DNA of 64,000 nucleotides from Neoconidiobolus thromboides FSU 785 (Eukaryota; Fungi; Entomophthoromycota): NCBI GenBank assembly GCA_025603075.1, contig MU626260.1, positions 1 to 64,000 of the forward strand, read 5' to 3'. Shown piece by piece: positions 62,280 to 64,000 of this stretch (position 1 is its first letter; each line of letters starts with the position of its first letter). The notes under the pieces were generated by a model. It saw only the letters and a program-made list of their open reading frames with translations, ran no database searches and was not told where the DNA came from. The position numbers and the translations under genes were made by a program.

Positions 62280-64000
62280 TATATTAATAAAATAAAATAA
62301 TGACCATCATAACTTTAAGTGTGTTTTTATATCCATTTTAATATAGAAACTAAGAATCATTTATTTGTTCATTAATCCGTATTAATAAATATCTTGGCAC
62401 CTCATTTTATAACATTAAGATATTAACTAGTATTGTCGAATGTTGGTATCAGCTGTTTAGAGTGACTATTTATAATAGACATTATCCTAATTAATAATTT
62501 TTTAAAGTCATAGCAGTGTCTAATTTATTAAAAAAACATAACATAGTATAGTAAAATTTTATTTACTACACTGTTAATATGGAACATCTTATCGGTATCG
62601 CGTGGGAGTTTTAAGATCCTAAATATATTATATTTAAGTAATACTAAGAATTTGATTAATTTTGAATTTATAATAATATTAAAAAATATACATAAAATTT
62701 TTAATTCCTATAGGTAATGTATTTATTCTTAAATTTAAAATATTACTATATGAACAAAATAATTTTATGGTGTATTTCCAATTTTTTTACTTTATATTAT
62801 TTTGTTCTAAAAAAAATTAGAAGAATATATATGTGATATATTAAGAGTGTAACATTATTTAAAACAATCAAAGATAATTGAGAATTCAATAAATTAAAAA
62901 TCTTGAAAGTATGCTATTGAATCAGTTATGGTCATTCCTTATAAATTAGACTTTAATTTTTTGAAAATCTACTAGTAAAAATTGTATTTTTTTTTAAAAT
63001 GTTATACTCTTAATCTACTACGTATATATTTTTCGAATTTTTATAATATTCTGTTTTATAAAAAATTGGAAAAAAATAACATAAAAATCACTTTTATCTT
63101 TAGCTGTATTGCTATTGAGATATTAATGTGATGACGGCTCATCTAAACTATTTAAAGCTTTATTGTCAACTTGTTATGGAAATTATAATTTTTTATGAAG
63201 ATATTTCTGGTTTACACTGATTTTAATCAGTATATAGTTAAAGTTAGATAAGACTATGATATGATGTTTAATATTTATTGTTTAAAATTTAATAAAAAGT
63301 ATATATATAATTACTATCAATTATTTAAATGAGTATTTATTTTGTAAAGTCAATAGTATTATTAATACAAAATATTTAAAAAAATCCAACTATATAGATT
63401 TTTATATTAATTATTTAAATACTATCAACATGGAAGTAAAGAGTCAACAAAAGATAATATTTATTCACTCTAATGCATCTAACTATACAAGCATTATAAA
63501 AATCAATATTTATAGAAATAAAAAACTAACGTTTTTAATTACATATCCTTTTCAAATCTATCAGTGTTAATTTATTACATCTGTCAAAGGTTTTGGAACT
63601 AATCGTATAATAGTTTTAGCGAGAAACCCGATGCTTTAGTAGTTATATAACTATGGATCTTTATAAATATACAACTCAATATCTGAACCGAAATTCGTCT
63701 ATTACAAACTACTGAAAACTAAGTTAGAGGAAAATTGTAAATAATATATATAATTGTTTAAATTATATTTGGATTTTAAACGTTATTTGAAAGTTTAACT
63801 AGTACAAGCAAATAACTCAAAAAATTTAATAGTTTTAATTATATCCTATAACGAAACGTTTGTAAATCTAATATTTTTATTTCACTATAGCGATTTCATC
63901 AATGTATAATATAATATACATAACTAAAAATTTTAATCAATATTTACTTAATAAAATGTCTACTTTACTGAAATTCGAAAAATTAGCAAAATTCAACCAA

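Overview
This is an AT-rich eukaryotic window with short GT-AG introns of about 45-65 nt. The gene content (DASH subunit Dad4, Ppz phosphatase, Ste20, plus 'animal-like' Tubby, BRCC36, BRD7/9-like, MEAK7/Rtc5-like and Kunitz genes) points to an early-diverging fungus, most plausibly Zoopagomycota/Entomophthoromycotina. That placement is inferred, not searched. About 23 protein-coding genes can be supported, plus one transposase pseudogene; many were assembled by hand across introns. Housekeeping genes are tightly packed, especially at 53.6-60.6 kb. Gene-poor stretches hold 14 copies of a ~98-bp MITE with GGGGATGT...ACATCCCC ends and apparently 4-bp ANAT target duplications, a second ~150-bp one-ended repeat, and a three-layer nested insertion. 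The best candidates for novelty are: (1) a secreted triple-Kunitz protein in which every module has 8 cysteines with fixed spacing and P1 Arg; (2) the MITE family, which has Sola-like ends and CpG decay; (3) an IS630/Tc1-like transposase family whose first catalytic Asp is Asn in both copies, one with an intact ORF; (4) a CYLD-like deubiquitinase with UBA-like, MIU-like and CaaX elements. No tRNA, rRNA or CRISPR features were found.
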